Source of the DNA: a virus
Reading direction: 5' to 3' (one strand)
Virus record (IMG/VR): IMGVR_UViG_3300031111_000001
Span: 50,563-114,562 of that record
Length of the DNA stretch: 64,000 nucleotides
Each line of letters starts with the position of its first letter. The first letter of the stretch is position 1. The notes under the pieces are model-generated. The model was given only the letters and a program-made list of their open reading frames with translations. It was not told where the DNA came from and did no database searches. The translations under genes and the position numbers were made by a program. Below are positions 24,408 to 33,850 of this stretch, in pieces.

Positions 24408-25503
24408 ACTGATCGTGGAGGTCGTCGCCATCGACGACATCAAGGAGCATCCGAACGCTGACCGCCTGGAACTGGCCGAGGTCAAGGGCTGGCAATGCGT
24501 CGTCGGCAAGGGTCAGTTCAAGCCCGGCGACTACGCCGTCTACCTGCCTATCGACTCGATCCTGCCGGATGATTTGGAGCAGAGGCTGTTTCCGCCCGAC
24601 GCCAAGGTGAAGCTGAAGAAGTCCCGCATCCGCACGGCGAAAATCCGTGGCGCGATCTCACAGGGCATGCTGGTCGATCTGGAAGTGTGCGGCCTGGACC
24701 CGGCCCAGTGGAAGCCCGGCATGTCCGTCATGGAGAAGCTGGGCGTCACGAAGTACGAGCCGCCGACGAAGGACGCGCCGGGCTACGTGAAGGCCATCGA
24801 AGGCAACCGGAAGGGCTTCCGCAACCCGAACCCCTTCTTCGCCAAGTACACGGACATGCAGCACCTCCAGAACCGGCCCAGAGCCATCGCCCCGGCAGAG
24901 GACGTGATGATCACCGAGAAGATTCACGGCACGTCCTTCCGCTGCGGCTGGGTGGAGGGCTACCCGGTTACCCTCTGGCAGAAGATCAAGGACTTCTTCG
25001 GAATCCTGGGTCACCAGTTCGTGGTCGGCTCCCGCAACTGCGAGATCACGGCCCGGAGCAAGACCTTCTACGGCGACGATGTCTACTCCAAGATCGCCAA
25101 GCGGTACATGCTCAAGGAACTGCTGGGTATGGGCGTCGTGATCTACGGCGAAATCTACGGTGACGGCATCCAGAAGGGCTACTGCTACGGCATGCTGGGG
25201 GACATCGACCTCGTCGTCTACGAGGTCAAGGTCCGCGACAAGTGGATGAACCCCGACGAGGCACGCGAGTTCTGCGAACTGTACGGCCTCCCGTTCGTCC
25301 CGGTCCTGTACCGTGGCCCGCTGGGCGAAACCGACATCAAGGAGCATATGGGTGGCCCGTCCGTGCTGAATCCGGTCCAGAAGGTTCGCGAGGGCTGCGT
25401 GGTTCGCTCCATCACCAACGACAAATGCTACGCGGGGCGCACGGTCTTCAAGTGCATCAACCCCGAGTACCTGCTGTCCAAGAACAACACTGACTGGCAC
25501 TAA
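24400..25503 (+). CDS. RNA ligase, DRB0094/Rnl5 family
   Basis: N-terminal OB-like HPNADRLELA...IRGAISQG; motif I TEKIHGTS; YGEIYG, FVPVL, REGCV, FKCINPEYL. Confidence 0.9.
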   Translation: MAELIVEVVAIDDIKEHPNADRLELAEVKGWQCVVGKGQFKPGDYAVYLPIDSILPDDLEQRLFPPDAKVKLKKSRIRTAKIRGAISQGMLVDLEVCGLDPAQWKPGMSVMEKLGVTKYEPPTKDAPGYVKAIEGNRKGFRNPNPFFAKYTDMQHLQNRPRAIAPAEDVMITEKIHGTSFRCGWVEGYPVTLWQKIKDFFGILGHQFVVGSRNCEITARSKTFYGDDVYSKIAKRYMLKELLGMGVVIYGEIYGDGIQKGYCYGMLGDIDLVVYEVKVRDKWMNPDEAREFCELYGLPFVPVLYRGPLGETDIKEHMGGPSVLNPVQKVREGCVVRSITNDKCYAGRTVFKCINPEYLLSKNNTDWH

Positions 25504-25516
25504 GCCGAGGAATATC

Positions 25517-25810
25517 ATGAAGATCACCCCGAGCAGCAAGAGTGACCTGTGTCGCAAGGAACTGAAACATCTGGAGCCTTTGGCGACCTTCGTCAGGGAG
25601 TACCACGATCTGGACGCCATCCTGAAGGGCACCTACGGGAAGCGGTTCTCCGTCTATATGGTCCTGCCGCCGTCCACCTACACGGCGGCGTCCGTCAAGT
25701 TCGGCAGCGTCATGTGCATCAACCTGCGCACCGGCAAGCTGGCGAACATCGGCGATCAGACCGCCGTCAACCCCGTGGTTTGCGAGTTGCTCTTCAACAA
25801 GGTGTTCTAG
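25517..25810 (+). CDS. hypothetical protein
   Basis: RBS GAGG; in operon. Confidence 0.65.
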   Translation: MKITPSSKSDLCRKELKHLEPLATFVREYHDLDAILKGTYGKRFSVYMVLPPSTYTAASVKFGSVMCINLRTGKLANIGDQTAVNPVVCELLFNKVF

Positions 25811-25941
25811 TGGTCATCTTCCCATGGGCGCACATGCTTCTGAAACGCTGCATGTGCGCCCATACTTACCAGCGGCGGTACGACAGACAAAACCCAGAAT
25901 ACATTTACGAACAATGCACGAAATGTGGGAGAAAACGATAA
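25810..25941 (+). CDS. small Cys/His protein (43 aa)
   Basis: C-x-H...CTKCG; overlaps both neighbours. Confidence 0.5.
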   Translation: MVIFPWAHMLLKRCMCAHTYQRRYDRQNPEYIYEQCTKCGRKR

Positions 25942-27122
25942 TGGACCCGAGGCTCAAGCTCACCATCCCCGCCCATGAGATCGAGAGTGAGGCATGGGAT
26001 CAGATTAAGGCGATCCTTGCCCTGCCGTGCCTGAACACCATGGCCGTCATGCCTGATGCCCATTCCGGTTATGATTGCCCCATCGGCGGGGTGGTCCTGC
26101 TGCACGACTATGTTTCCCCCGGCTTTGTGGGATTCGATCAGGGCTGCGGCATGACCCACGTCAACACGCACCGTCAGGTCGAGGAAATCTGCCCCGAGGG
26201 CATGCGCCAGTGCATCTTTGACATGCTGGTGAGCACGATCCCCACCGGATTCGCCATGCATGGCACGAAGAACCTCTACGCCCGCTTCGGCCCGAAGCCG
26301 TTCAAAACCGCCGGGAAGGGTGGCCTGTGGGTGCAGCGCATCCATGAGAAAGAGGCCAAGCAGTTCGGCACGCTGGGCGGCGGGAACCACTTCCTTGAGG
26401 TCGGCGTCAACGACTTCGGCGAGGTCGGCGTGACCATCCACAGCGGCTCCAGAAAGCCCGGCTGGCTGGTCGGCAAGCACTACATGGACCTCGCCAAGGC
26501 CGAAGGGGAGCAGTACGGCAAGCTCCACCTGTTCCCCATCAAGTCCGAGCAGGGGCAGGCGTTCCTGCATGACATGGCGTGGTCCCTGAACTACGCCCTC
26601 GCGAACCGGAAGGTCATGATGGCGACGGCCCTGCGCGTGCTGGGTTTCAGCCCCGCCGAGGTGGCTGAGTTCATCGAGGGCGGCGACATGATCAACGAGA
26701 ACCACAACCATGCCGAGTACTACGTTTGGAAGTACCCCGAGGAACCGGGTGGGCGCATGGTGGCTCACCAGATGGTCCTGCACCGCAAGGGTGCGACTCC
26801 CGCCGAACTGAACCAGTACGGCGTGATCCCTGCCAACCAGCGGGACGGCGTCTGGATCACCCGTGGCCTGGGTAACAAGGATTTCCTTGAGTCGGCCTCG
26901 CACGGTGCTGGGCGCACCATGTCTCGCACCGCCGCGAAGAAGACCCTGGACCCGGAAGAGTTCAGGCAACAGATGCTGGGCATCGTTGCCCGCACCGACC
27001 TGGGCGTCCTTGACGAGGCCCCCGGCGCGTACAAGGACATTCGCGACGTTCTGAATGCACAGGATGGCATTCTGGTGGACGTGGTGGACCACTTCAAACC
27101 TCTGATCGTTTTGAAAGGATAG
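25941..27122 (+). CDS. rtcB: RtcB 3'-phosphate/5'-OH RNA ligase
   Basis: MPDAHSG, DQGCGM, GTLGGGNHFLE, HSGSR, HNHA, HRKGAT, SHGAGR, DEAPGAYK. Confidence 0.95.
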   Translation: MDPRLKLTIPAHEIESEAWDQIKAILALPCLNTMAVMPDAHSGYDCPIGGVVLLHDYVSPGFVGFDQGCGMTHVNTHRQVEEICPEGMRQCIFDMLVSTIPTGFAMHGTKNLYARFGPKPFKTAGKGGLWVQRIHEKEAKQFGTLGGGNHFLEVGVNDFGEVGVTIHSGSRKPGWLVGKHYMDLAKAEGEQYGKLHLFPIKSEQGQAFLHDMAWSLNYALANRKVMMATALRVLGFSPAEVAEFIEGGDMINENHNHAEYYVWKYPEEPGGRMVAHQMVLHRKGATPAELNQYGVIPANQRDGVWITRGLGNKDFLESASHGAGRTMSRTAAKKTLDPEEFRQQMLGIVARTDLGVLDEAPGAYKDIRDVLNAQDGILVDVVDHFKPLIVLKG

Positions 27123-27125
27123 GCC

Positions 27126-27347
27126 ATGGAAATCGAACTGAACTGGAACAAAATTCCCTTTGGTATCCGGCTGATCATCATCGGCATCATCGCGTTTTTG
27201 ATCGGCCTGTGGACCCTGATCCCTGTTTGTAGCTGGCTTGGCGGAACCATCTTCGCGTGGCCCATGTACAGCACTGCTGGAGTGGTGCTGGTCGGTTCTG
27301 TGATCACTACCATCGTCGGCGCGGCTCACTTCATGGATAATCTCTAG
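27126..27347 (+). CDS. small membrane protein
   Basis: Two TM segments. Confidence 0.65.
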   Translation: MEIELNWNKIPFGIRLIIIGIIAFLIGLWTLIPVCSWLGGTIFAWPMYSTAGVVLVGSVITTIVGAAHFMDNL

Positions 27348-27356
27348 GAGTCCAAT

Positions 27357-27536
27357 ATGAAAATCAACAAGCTCTTTGCCAGCGGTCTGGGCTGCATGTT
27401 TGGCGGCATCTGGACGTTCGGCTTTGTCACCCACATCACTGGCTCCGGTTCCCTGATGATCGCGTCCCTTGCCACTGCCGCCGTATTGGTGATTATGGGT
27501 GTCAAGTTGGTGCAGAAATCAAACATTTTCAAGTAG
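27357..27536 (+). CDS. small membrane protein (59 aa)
   Basis: Manual ORF with RBS AGGAG; hydrophobic. Confidence 0.55.
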   Translation: MKINKLFASGLGCMFGGIWTFGFVTHITGSGSLMIASLATAAVLVIMGVKLVQKSNIFK

Positions 27537-27601
27537 ATTTCGCTTGACATTTGTGAAGGAAAATACTATTACCTTCGCAACGCAATCAAAACGGAGATCA
27601 C

Positions 27602-28978
27602 ATGAATCTGAGCAACCAAAGACACGTCGCCGGGCACCTGATAGCGATTCTGAAAGCCGCCGGTCATGACGCCTACATTGTTGGCGGGGCCGTCAGGGAC
27701 AAGCTCCAGGGCAAGCTCCCCGAGGACGTGGATGTCGCCACCAGCGCAACACCGGAACAGGTCCAATATGCCTTGGGACAGTTTTTTATCGATACCAAGG
27801 TGGTGGGAGAATCCTTCGGGGTGGTTTTGGCTTCCGGCATCGAGATCGCCACGTTCCGTAGGGATATCCACAACGGCATCGGCGACAAGAATTGCACCGT
27901 GGAGTACGCCAAAACCATCGAAGAAGACCTTTCCCGGCGCGACTTCACGATCAACGCCATGGCCCTGGACCCGACGAGAAATGAGATCATCGATCCCTTC
28001 TGTGGATGGGACGACCTGAACCGCAAGACTCTGCGCTTTGTCGGTGAGCCGAGCGATAGGATTCTGGAAGACCCCAACAGGATGATCCGCGCTGCTCGTA
28101 TGATGGCAAAGCTGGGGATGAAGTCTGGCATTTGCCCGGCAACCCTGAAGGCTATCGTGGAGCATCGTGATTTGGTCCGCACGCACGTTGCCCCGGAGCG
28201 CATCCGGTTGGAGATCATGAAGGCTATGAAGCTGGAGCGGCCCAGCTTGTTCTGGTGGTGGTTACGGGCCTTCGGGATTCTGGAGATTATCCTGCCCGAA
28301 CTGGACGACCTCTGGGACTGGCCCGGCGGCAAGCATCACAAAGAGACTGTCTGGGAACACTCCATGCTGGTGGGAGACGCCATTAGCCCGAAGTTTCCGT
28401 TGGTGCGTCTCGCCGGATACCTGCACGACATCGGGAAGGCTCCCTGTTGGTGCCCCGTGGATGGAAATTTCCTTGGGCATCAGGTGGCCGGAAGCAAGAT
28501 GGCCGAGGACCGGCTGCTGGAACTGAAGTTCTCCCTGCGCGAGACGGAGCGCGTCGTCACCCTGATCAGGATGCACATGCGGTCCATCTTCCAGTCTGGC
28601 CCCAAGGCCATCCGGCGGCTGCTGGTGGACCTCCAGAACGGTCACGTCAGCTACTGCGAGTTCGTCCGTCTGGTCATCGCTGATCACAACGGGAACCTGG
28701 GCCAAACGCCGTACAGCTTCAGGGAGATCAAGAAAATCATCTTGGCCCTGGAAGCGGAGCAGATCAACTTCTTCGCCGCGAACCGGCCCAGCGACCTGAA
28801 GATCAACGGCAACGACGTGATGAAGACCCTGGACCTCAGGCCCGGCCCGCAGGTTGGCATGGTTCTGCGGAAGCTGTTCGGCTACGTGGACGAAGACCCA
28901 GAGCGCAACGAGCGTGGGCACTTGATGTCTGTGTTGAGCGAGTGGAACTATCCCTACGACTATCTGGAGGCTGCGTAA
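27602..28978 (+). CDS. CCA-adding enzyme/poly(A) polymerase family nucleotidyltransferase with HD domain
   Basis: VGGAVRD, DVD, DLSRRDFTINAMA, EDPNRMIRAAR, ERIRLE, HH-VWEH, LHDIGK. Confidence 0.9.
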   Translation: MNLSNQRHVAGHLIAILKAAGHDAYIVGGAVRDKLQGKLPEDVDVATSATPEQVQYALGQFFIDTKVVGESFGVVLASGIEIATFRRDIHNGIGDKNCTVEYAKTIEEDLSRRDFTINAMALDPTRNEIIDPFCGWDDLNRKTLRFVGEPSDRILEDPNRMIRAARMMAKLGMKSGICPATLKAIVEHRDLVRTHVAPERIRLEIMKAMKLERPSLFWWWLRAFGILEIILPELDDLWDWPGGKHHKETVWEHSMLVGDAISPKFPLVRLAGYLHDIGKAPCWCPVDGNFLGHQVAGSKMAEDRLLELKFSLRETERVVTLIRMHMRSIFQSGPKAIRRLLVDLQNGHVSYCEFVRLVIADHNGNLGQTPYSFREIKKIILALEAEQINFFAANRPSDLKINGNDVMKTLDLRPGPQVGMVLRKLFGYVDEDPERNERGHLMSVLSEWNYPYDYLEAA

Positions 28979-29475
28979 TGCCTAGCATCACCAAAGACAC
29001 CGCTCGTCAGTTGGGTTTGGCATCGCTCATGCTTATGGCCGGGGCATTCGCCTTCATCTTCTTGATGGCTTCGATGCAGAACCACATTGCTGCCGCAGCG
29101 TCCAAATCCATGACCCACATGGAAGAGCGCATCGATGACATGCGGCTGGAGTTCGTGCGGAAGATCGACAAGATCATGGCAGCGGAAAAGGGTGTCGCTA
29201 CGGTTACGTGCTACACAGCCAGCCGGGACGAATGCGATAGCACCCCGGACATCGGGGCCATCAACCGCAAAGTCATCCCCGGCAGAACCGTGGCAGTGTC
29301 GAGGGACTACACCAAGTACCTTGGAAAGAAAATCTACATCGAAGGCATTGGTGAGCGCGTGGTCGAAGACCTCATGAACGCCCGGTACAAGAACCGCGTG
29401 GATGTGCTGGTGATCACCAAGAGCGAAGCCTACAAATTTGGTGTGCAAAAAAGGATGATAGCGTTCTATGATTAG
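28978..29475 (+). CDS. membrane-anchored 3D-domain protein (peptidoglycan-acting)
   Basis: TM helix; VTCYT, TVAVS, G-KIYIEG-G-R-VED, RVDV, A-KFG. Confidence 0.8.
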   Translation: MPSITKDTARQLGLASLMLMAGAFAFIFLMASMQNHIAAAASKSMTHMEERIDDMRLEFVRKIDKIMAAEKGVATVTCYTASRDECDSTPDIGAINRKVIPGRTVAVSRDYTKYLGKKIYIEGIGERVVEDLMNARYKNRVDVLVITKSEAYKFGVQKRMIAFYD

Positions 29476-29689
29476 CAACAAAAACATCGCAAATGTCATC
29501 GCGTACCTTGAGGGCATCATCGACGAAGGACGCCCCAAGGACAAGTACGGCGAGGTTTTCGACTACGTCGGAAGCCATGTTGATGACGCCTACACTCTGG
29601 GCCGGGACGATGGAGCGAAGCATGGTGCGTGCGCCGTCGCGGAAACTGTCTTCGAAATGCTCAACCTTAACCCCAAGGAAATCAAATAA
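29468..29689 (+). CDS. hypothetical protein
   Basis: Coupled ORF. Confidence 0.6.
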   Translation: MISNKNIANVIAYLEGIIDEGRPKDKYGEVFDYVGSHVDDAYTLGRDDGAKHGACAVAETVFEMLNLNPKEIK

Positions 29690-29955
29690 TGAAAACCAGA
29701 GTACAGGTGGCTATTTTTCAAGGAACATACAAGAGTTTGGAAGTCGTCATGAACAACAAACTCCACCAGCTTTCCATGGATAACACGGCGATCATCGACA
29801 TCAAGGTGACCCGTGCCAACGACAGCTATGTCTTGGGCGTCATCACCTACACCGAGAAGCTGGCCGAGGCTGATCCCGAGATCCTGCGGCTGGTGCGCGA
29901 CGTACAGAATTTTGACGAGGAGGCCGACGATGGCGAGTATCGCGAAGCGGCTTAA
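29689..29955 (+). CDS. hypothetical protein
   Basis: TAATG coupling. Confidence 0.6.
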   Translation: MKTRVQVAIFQGTYKSLEVVMNNKLHQLSMDNTAIIDIKVTRANDSYVLGVITYTEKLAEADPEILRLVRDVQNFDEEADDGEYREAA

Positions 29956-30820
29956 AAGCCTGGAACTGGTCCCCGGAATGCCGCACTTCGTGCCCGACAA
30001 CGTCCAGTACGAGGTGATCGTCGGTAGCATGGCCTACGGCGTCAGCACCGACACTTCCGACATGGACGTGTACGGCTTCTGCGTCCCGCCCCGGCACATC
30101 GTTTTCCCGCATGAGAACGGCGTGATCCACGGCTTTGACGAACAGGTCCAAGGCTTCGCCCAGTATATGCAGCACGGGATCATCGACAAGGACGCCCGGA
30201 AGGAATACGACCTGACGATCTTCAATATCGTCAAGTACTTCAAGCTGTGCATGCAGAACAACCCCAACATGATCGACAGCCTGTTCGTGCCGCAGACGTG
30301 CGTCCTGCACGCCACCCGCGTGGGCCAGATGGTCCGTGAGCAGCGCAAGCTGTTCCTCCACAAGGGCGCGTGGCATCGCTTCAAGGGGTACGCCTTCAGC
30401 CAGATGAAGAAGATGAAGACGAAGAATCCCGAGGGCAAGCGCAAGGCCATGGTGGAGGAGTTCGGCTACGACGTGAAGTTCGCCTACCACGTCGTGCGGC
30501 TCCTGAACGAGGTCGAGCAAATCCTCACAGAACACGACATCGACCTCCAGCGCAACCGGGAGCAGTTGAAGAGCATCCGGCGCGGCGAGTGGAAGCTGGA
30601 AGACATCGAGCGCCACTTCGCCGACAAGGAACTGGAGCTTGAGAAAATGTACCTCGCGTCCACGCTCCAGTACGGCCCCGACGTGGACAAGCTCAAGCAA
30701 CTGCTGATCGACTGCTTGGAGCAGCACTACGGATCGCTGGGGAACGCAGTGGTGGTCCCTGGCCGGGACGGGATGATCTTGAACGATCTTGAGGCTCTTT
30801 TGCGGCGTTACCGCAGCTAA
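29930..30820 (+). CDS. RlaP/YcgL-like nucleotidyltransferase
   Basis: GSMAYG-STDTSDMDVYG, NPNMIDSLF, KFAYHVVRLL, LKSIRRG; start 29930. Confidence 0.85.
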   Translation: MASIAKRLKSLELVPGMPHFVPDNVQYEVIVGSMAYGVSTDTSDMDVYGFCVPPRHIVFPHENGVIHGFDEQVQGFAQYMQHGIIDKDARKEYDLTIFNIVKYFKLCMQNNPNMIDSLFVPQTCVLHATRVGQMVREQRKLFLHKGAWHRFKGYAFSQMKKMKTKNPEGKRKAMVEEFGYDVKFAYHVVRLLNEVEQILTEHDIDLQRNREQLKSIRRGEWKLEDIERHFADKELELEKMYLASTLQYGPDVDKLKQLLIDCLEQHYGSLGNAVVVPGRDGMILNDLEALLRRYRS

Positions 30821-30849
30821 TTTTACTTACCTTCGCAATAGGAATCAAC

Positions 30850-31317
30850 ATGTTCATCGAGCGGTTTGAACAGGCCCCCATCGCGGAACTGGCCCGCATG
30901 TATTGTGGCGTCTACAACGACGAGTTCTGGGGAGCCAACTGGAGCCTCGACGCCGCCCAGGCCCGGCTCATGAGCCTTCGCGGCAAGGGGCACACCGGCT
31001 ACGTGGCGTGCATGGACGGCCCACAGGTCAACCTGAACACCAAAGCGCCGTGGCAAACCATCGGCATGGTCGTCGGCGTTCAGGAGTACTGGCACTTTGG
31101 GGCCTTCTTCATCATCAAGGACTTCTGTGTGGCGAAGCAGTGGCAGCGCATGGGAGTGGGCAAGAAGCTCATGGAAGCACTGCTGAACACGCTCAAAAAC
31201 ACCAACGTCAACAAGGTGTGCGTCATGACGAGGGGTGGCTCCGACTGCATCGATTTCTACAAGAAGCACGGACTCCATACCATCAACTCCATGCACTTCA
31301 TGGGCTGCGATCTGTAG
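30850..31317 (+). CDS. GNAT acetyltransferase
   Basis: FCVAKQWQRMGVGKKLM motif A; FYKKHG. Confidence 0.85.
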   Translation: MFIERFEQAPIAELARMYCGVYNDEFWGANWSLDAAQARLMSLRGKGHTGYVACMDGPQVNLNTKAPWQTIGMVVGVQEYWHFGAFFIIKDFCVAKQWQRMGVGKKLMEALLNTLKNTNVNKVCVMTRGGSDCIDFYKKHGLHTINSMHFMGCDL

Positions 31318-31325
31318 GAGATCAA

Positions 31326-31682
31326 ATGCAAAATCATATCAATGCTCTGGCCGACATGATTGGCAAGAATGTGTTCTTGGTGGACACAACCACGCCCGAC
31401 ATCATTATGGGCATCTTAAACAGTATCACCATCGACGGTGGAGATGGCGTGTCGGTGATGATCAACGTCGATGGAGACGACTGGCAGGCAGGTGCCGATG
31501 GGGTTTTCGGTTCGTTTGACGCGGCCCGCAAGGCGTTGTCCGACCACTACCGCGAAATGGCCGAAGCCGCCGAAGGGCTGGAAAACCGCTTCGTTGCCCC
31601 CGAGGTTACCGGCGAGGAAGAGGCCCAGCAAGAAGACGACCTGGAGGACGCCCTGTTGGGTGCCGTGAAGGACGACGAATGA
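31326..31682 (+). CDS. acidic hypothetical protein
   Basis: RBS AGGAG; start 31326. Confidence 0.65.
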   Translation: MQNHINALADMIGKNVFLVDTTTPDIIMGILNSITIDGGDGVSVMINVDGDDWQAGADGVFGSFDAARKALSDHYREMAEAAEGLENRFVAPEVTGEEEAQQEDDLEDALLGAVKDDE

Positions 31683-32236
31683 TCGTTGTAAACCTCTACG
31701 GAGGCCCTAGTGCCGGGAAAAGTACCGTCGCCCTGGGCCTGACCCATCTACTGAAGATGGAACACCTTGAGGCCGAGTTTGCAAACGAATACGCCAAGGC
31801 TCTGACTTTGGAGGGCCGGGCAAACATTCTCAAAAGGGACCAACTGTACATCTTCGCCAAACAGCATCGGAAGCTCCAGCGGTTAGAGGAAGCCGGTTGC
31901 CGAATCGCCGTGACCGATTGCCCGCTATTGCTGTGCTGCGTCTACTTTGGCCCTGGCAACCGATACCCGAGGAGTGCTTTCAATTCTTTGGTGATTGGTA
32001 CTCACGACACCTACGAGAACTGGAACTTCTTTTTGAAGCGTGACCCGCAGAACCCCTACCAGCAATTTGGACGCTCACAGAGCCTGGAAGAAGCAGAGGC
32101 ACTGGATAGTATGATCCGCTCTACTCTGCGACGAATGCGTGTTGGGTACGATGTGTTGGTGGGGGATGAAGAAGCAGTTCCGACAATCTTCAACGCGGTA
32201 ATGAGCCGCATCGAACACAACAAGGAAGTAGCATGA
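31679..32236 (+). CDS. P-loop kinase, NadR/AAA_28-like
   Basis: NLYGGPSAGKST, EYAK, TDCPLL, GRSQ. Confidence 0.8.
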   Translation: MIVVNLYGGPSAGKSTVALGLTHLLKMEHLEAEFANEYAKALTLEGRANILKRDQLYIFAKQHRKLQRLEEAGCRIAVTDCPLLLCCVYFGPGNRYPRSAFNSLVIGTHDTYENWNFFLKRDPQNPYQQFGRSQSLEEAEALDSMIRSTLRRMRVGYDVLVGDEEAVPTIFNAVMSRIEHNKEVA

Positions 32237-32475
32237 GCGAACCCATCAAAGACAAGGCCGGAAACGAACTGAACGTGGGCGATCTGATCGCGTCTGCCGT
32301 GTGCGTCTACCAGAATTGCGCCCTGCGTATTGGCAAGATCATTCGGTTCACCAAGACCGGCTTGATCACGATCACCAAGGAGAAGGACAGCATGCAGATG
32401 TGGGACTCCAAGGACTACTGCACCGTCCGTCCCGGCAACAGCATCCTGCTTGCAGAGGCTGCAAATGTCCTGTGA
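32233..32475 (+). CDS. hypothetical protein
   Basis: Coupled ORF; KDKAGNELNVGD. Confidence 0.6.
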   Translation: MSEPIKDKAGNELNVGDLIASAVCVYQNCALRIGKIIRFTKTGLITITKEKDSMQMWDSKDYCTVRPGNSILLAEAANVL

Positions 32476-33535
32476 GGTTTTTTTCGACCTGAACAACCTC
32501 GCGCACCGGGTCTTCTTCGGCATGAAGGAGATCAAGGCGCAGGGGCCGTATCCTGAATATGCGCTGTGGCACTACATTATGTACACGCAGATCAACGACT
32601 TCCTCTCGACGGTGCCCGGCGATCTGTCCAAGGTGATCCTGGCCGTGGACGACCAGAGGAACTGGCGCAAGCTGATCTACCCGCCGTACAAGGCCGACAG
32701 GGCCGGGAAGCGTGCCGCCCAGGCAGAGCGCGATGTCAAGGCCGGGAAGCAGCCCGTGGACATGGAGAAGTTCTATGCGGAATACGAGAAGTTCATCGTG
32801 TACGCCCAGACATACCTCCCGTTCCACACCCTGCGCCAGAGATTTGCCGAGGCTGACGACATCATCGGCATCCTGGCCTTGCGGAACTCCGACACAGACC
32901 CTGGATGTACGTCGATTATCGTCAGCGCGGACGAGGATTATCTCCAGTGCTTCCGTAGCAGGAAGATGGGCCGTGGCCCCGTGTTGATCTTCGATCCCCT
33001 GAAGCGGCAGTACCGGGAGTGCGAGAACACCGAGCGGTTCCTTGAGGAGCGGTTCCTCATGGGCCAGAAGAAGGATAATATCTTCAACTGCCTGACACCC
33101 TCGACGTGGGATAAGATGTCCGAGCGGAAGGGTAGCAGGAAGCCCGCCTTCGGCGCGACGGCTGCTGAAAAGGCCCTGGCTGGCGCTCACCGGCTGCTCT
33201 GTCCGACGCACGATCCCAAGAACAGACGTGAACTGGTGTCCGAGTTCATGGACAAAAAGGCAGCGGTCAAAATCAAGCGCGACAAAGAAACCGGCAAGAT
33301 GGTGAAGCCCAACTTCTACCGGGGGTGGCGGCACCGCGTCAGACGCAACCGGCGTCTGATCGATCTTCGCCAGATTCCGCAGCCTCTGGTTGACGCGGTT
33401 CTGGCCCAGGATGCCGCCTATGCCGTACCCGGCCCGGAAATGCTGGAGGCGTACTTCGCCGCCTACAATTGGCCTTCTATTATCCCGCAACTTCAAACCA
33501 TCCAGCAGCGTTACGCTGGACTTTACAGGAGCTAA
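32465..33535 (+). CDS. 5'-3' exonuclease/RNase H (FEN family)
   Basis: FDLNNL, NWRK-IYPPYKADR, EADDIIG, SADEDYLQ, GQKKDNI, RNRRLIDL. Confidence 0.9.
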   Translation: MSCEVFFDLNNLAHRVFFGMKEIKAQGPYPEYALWHYIMYTQINDFLSTVPGDLSKVILAVDDQRNWRKLIYPPYKADRAGKRAAQAERDVKAGKQPVDMEKFYAEYEKFIVYAQTYLPFHTLRQRFAEADDIIGILALRNSDTDPGCTSIIVSADEDYLQCFRSRKMGRGPVLIFDPLKRQYRECENTERFLEERFLMGQKKDNIFNCLTPSTWDKMSERKGSRKPAFGATAAEKALAGAHRLLCPTHDPKNRRELVSEFMDKKAAVKIKRDKETGKMVKPNFYRGWRHRVRRNRRLIDLRQIPQPLVDAVLAQDAAYAVPGPEMLEAYFAAYNWPSIIPQLQTIQQRYAGLYRS

Positions 33536-33536
33536 C

Positions 33537-33833
33537 ATGGACCGTGAACAGTGTCGCAAAGAAGTGAGGGATGTCTGTGACAACCTCCACAAGGAAATCT
33601 GGACTTTTGGCCTTCAGCTTTCGGGCTGGATTTTTTGCATCATCATGGCAATCATCACGCTGATCACCGGCAAGTTCCTGCTGACTGTGGGTTTCGTTCT
33701 GGTCTGGATCATGTGGACTGTCAGCCTGAAGAAGTCCCTCACCGAACTGGCCGCGATCCCTGGCTGCAACAGGGACGGACGGCCCCGTTTCCTCTCCGGG
33801 GGTGATTCCACCTCCGGGGGTGGTTTCGCATAA
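33537..33833 (+). CDS. membrane protein
   Basis: RBS AGGAG; two TM segments. Confidence 0.6.
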   Translation: MDREQCRKEVRDVCDNLHKEIWTFGLQLSGWIFCIIMAIITLITGKFLLTVGFVLVWIMWTVSLKKSLTELAAIPGCNRDGRPRFLSGGDSTSGGGFA

Positions 33834-33850
33834 GGGAGGGTGGTGCCCTT

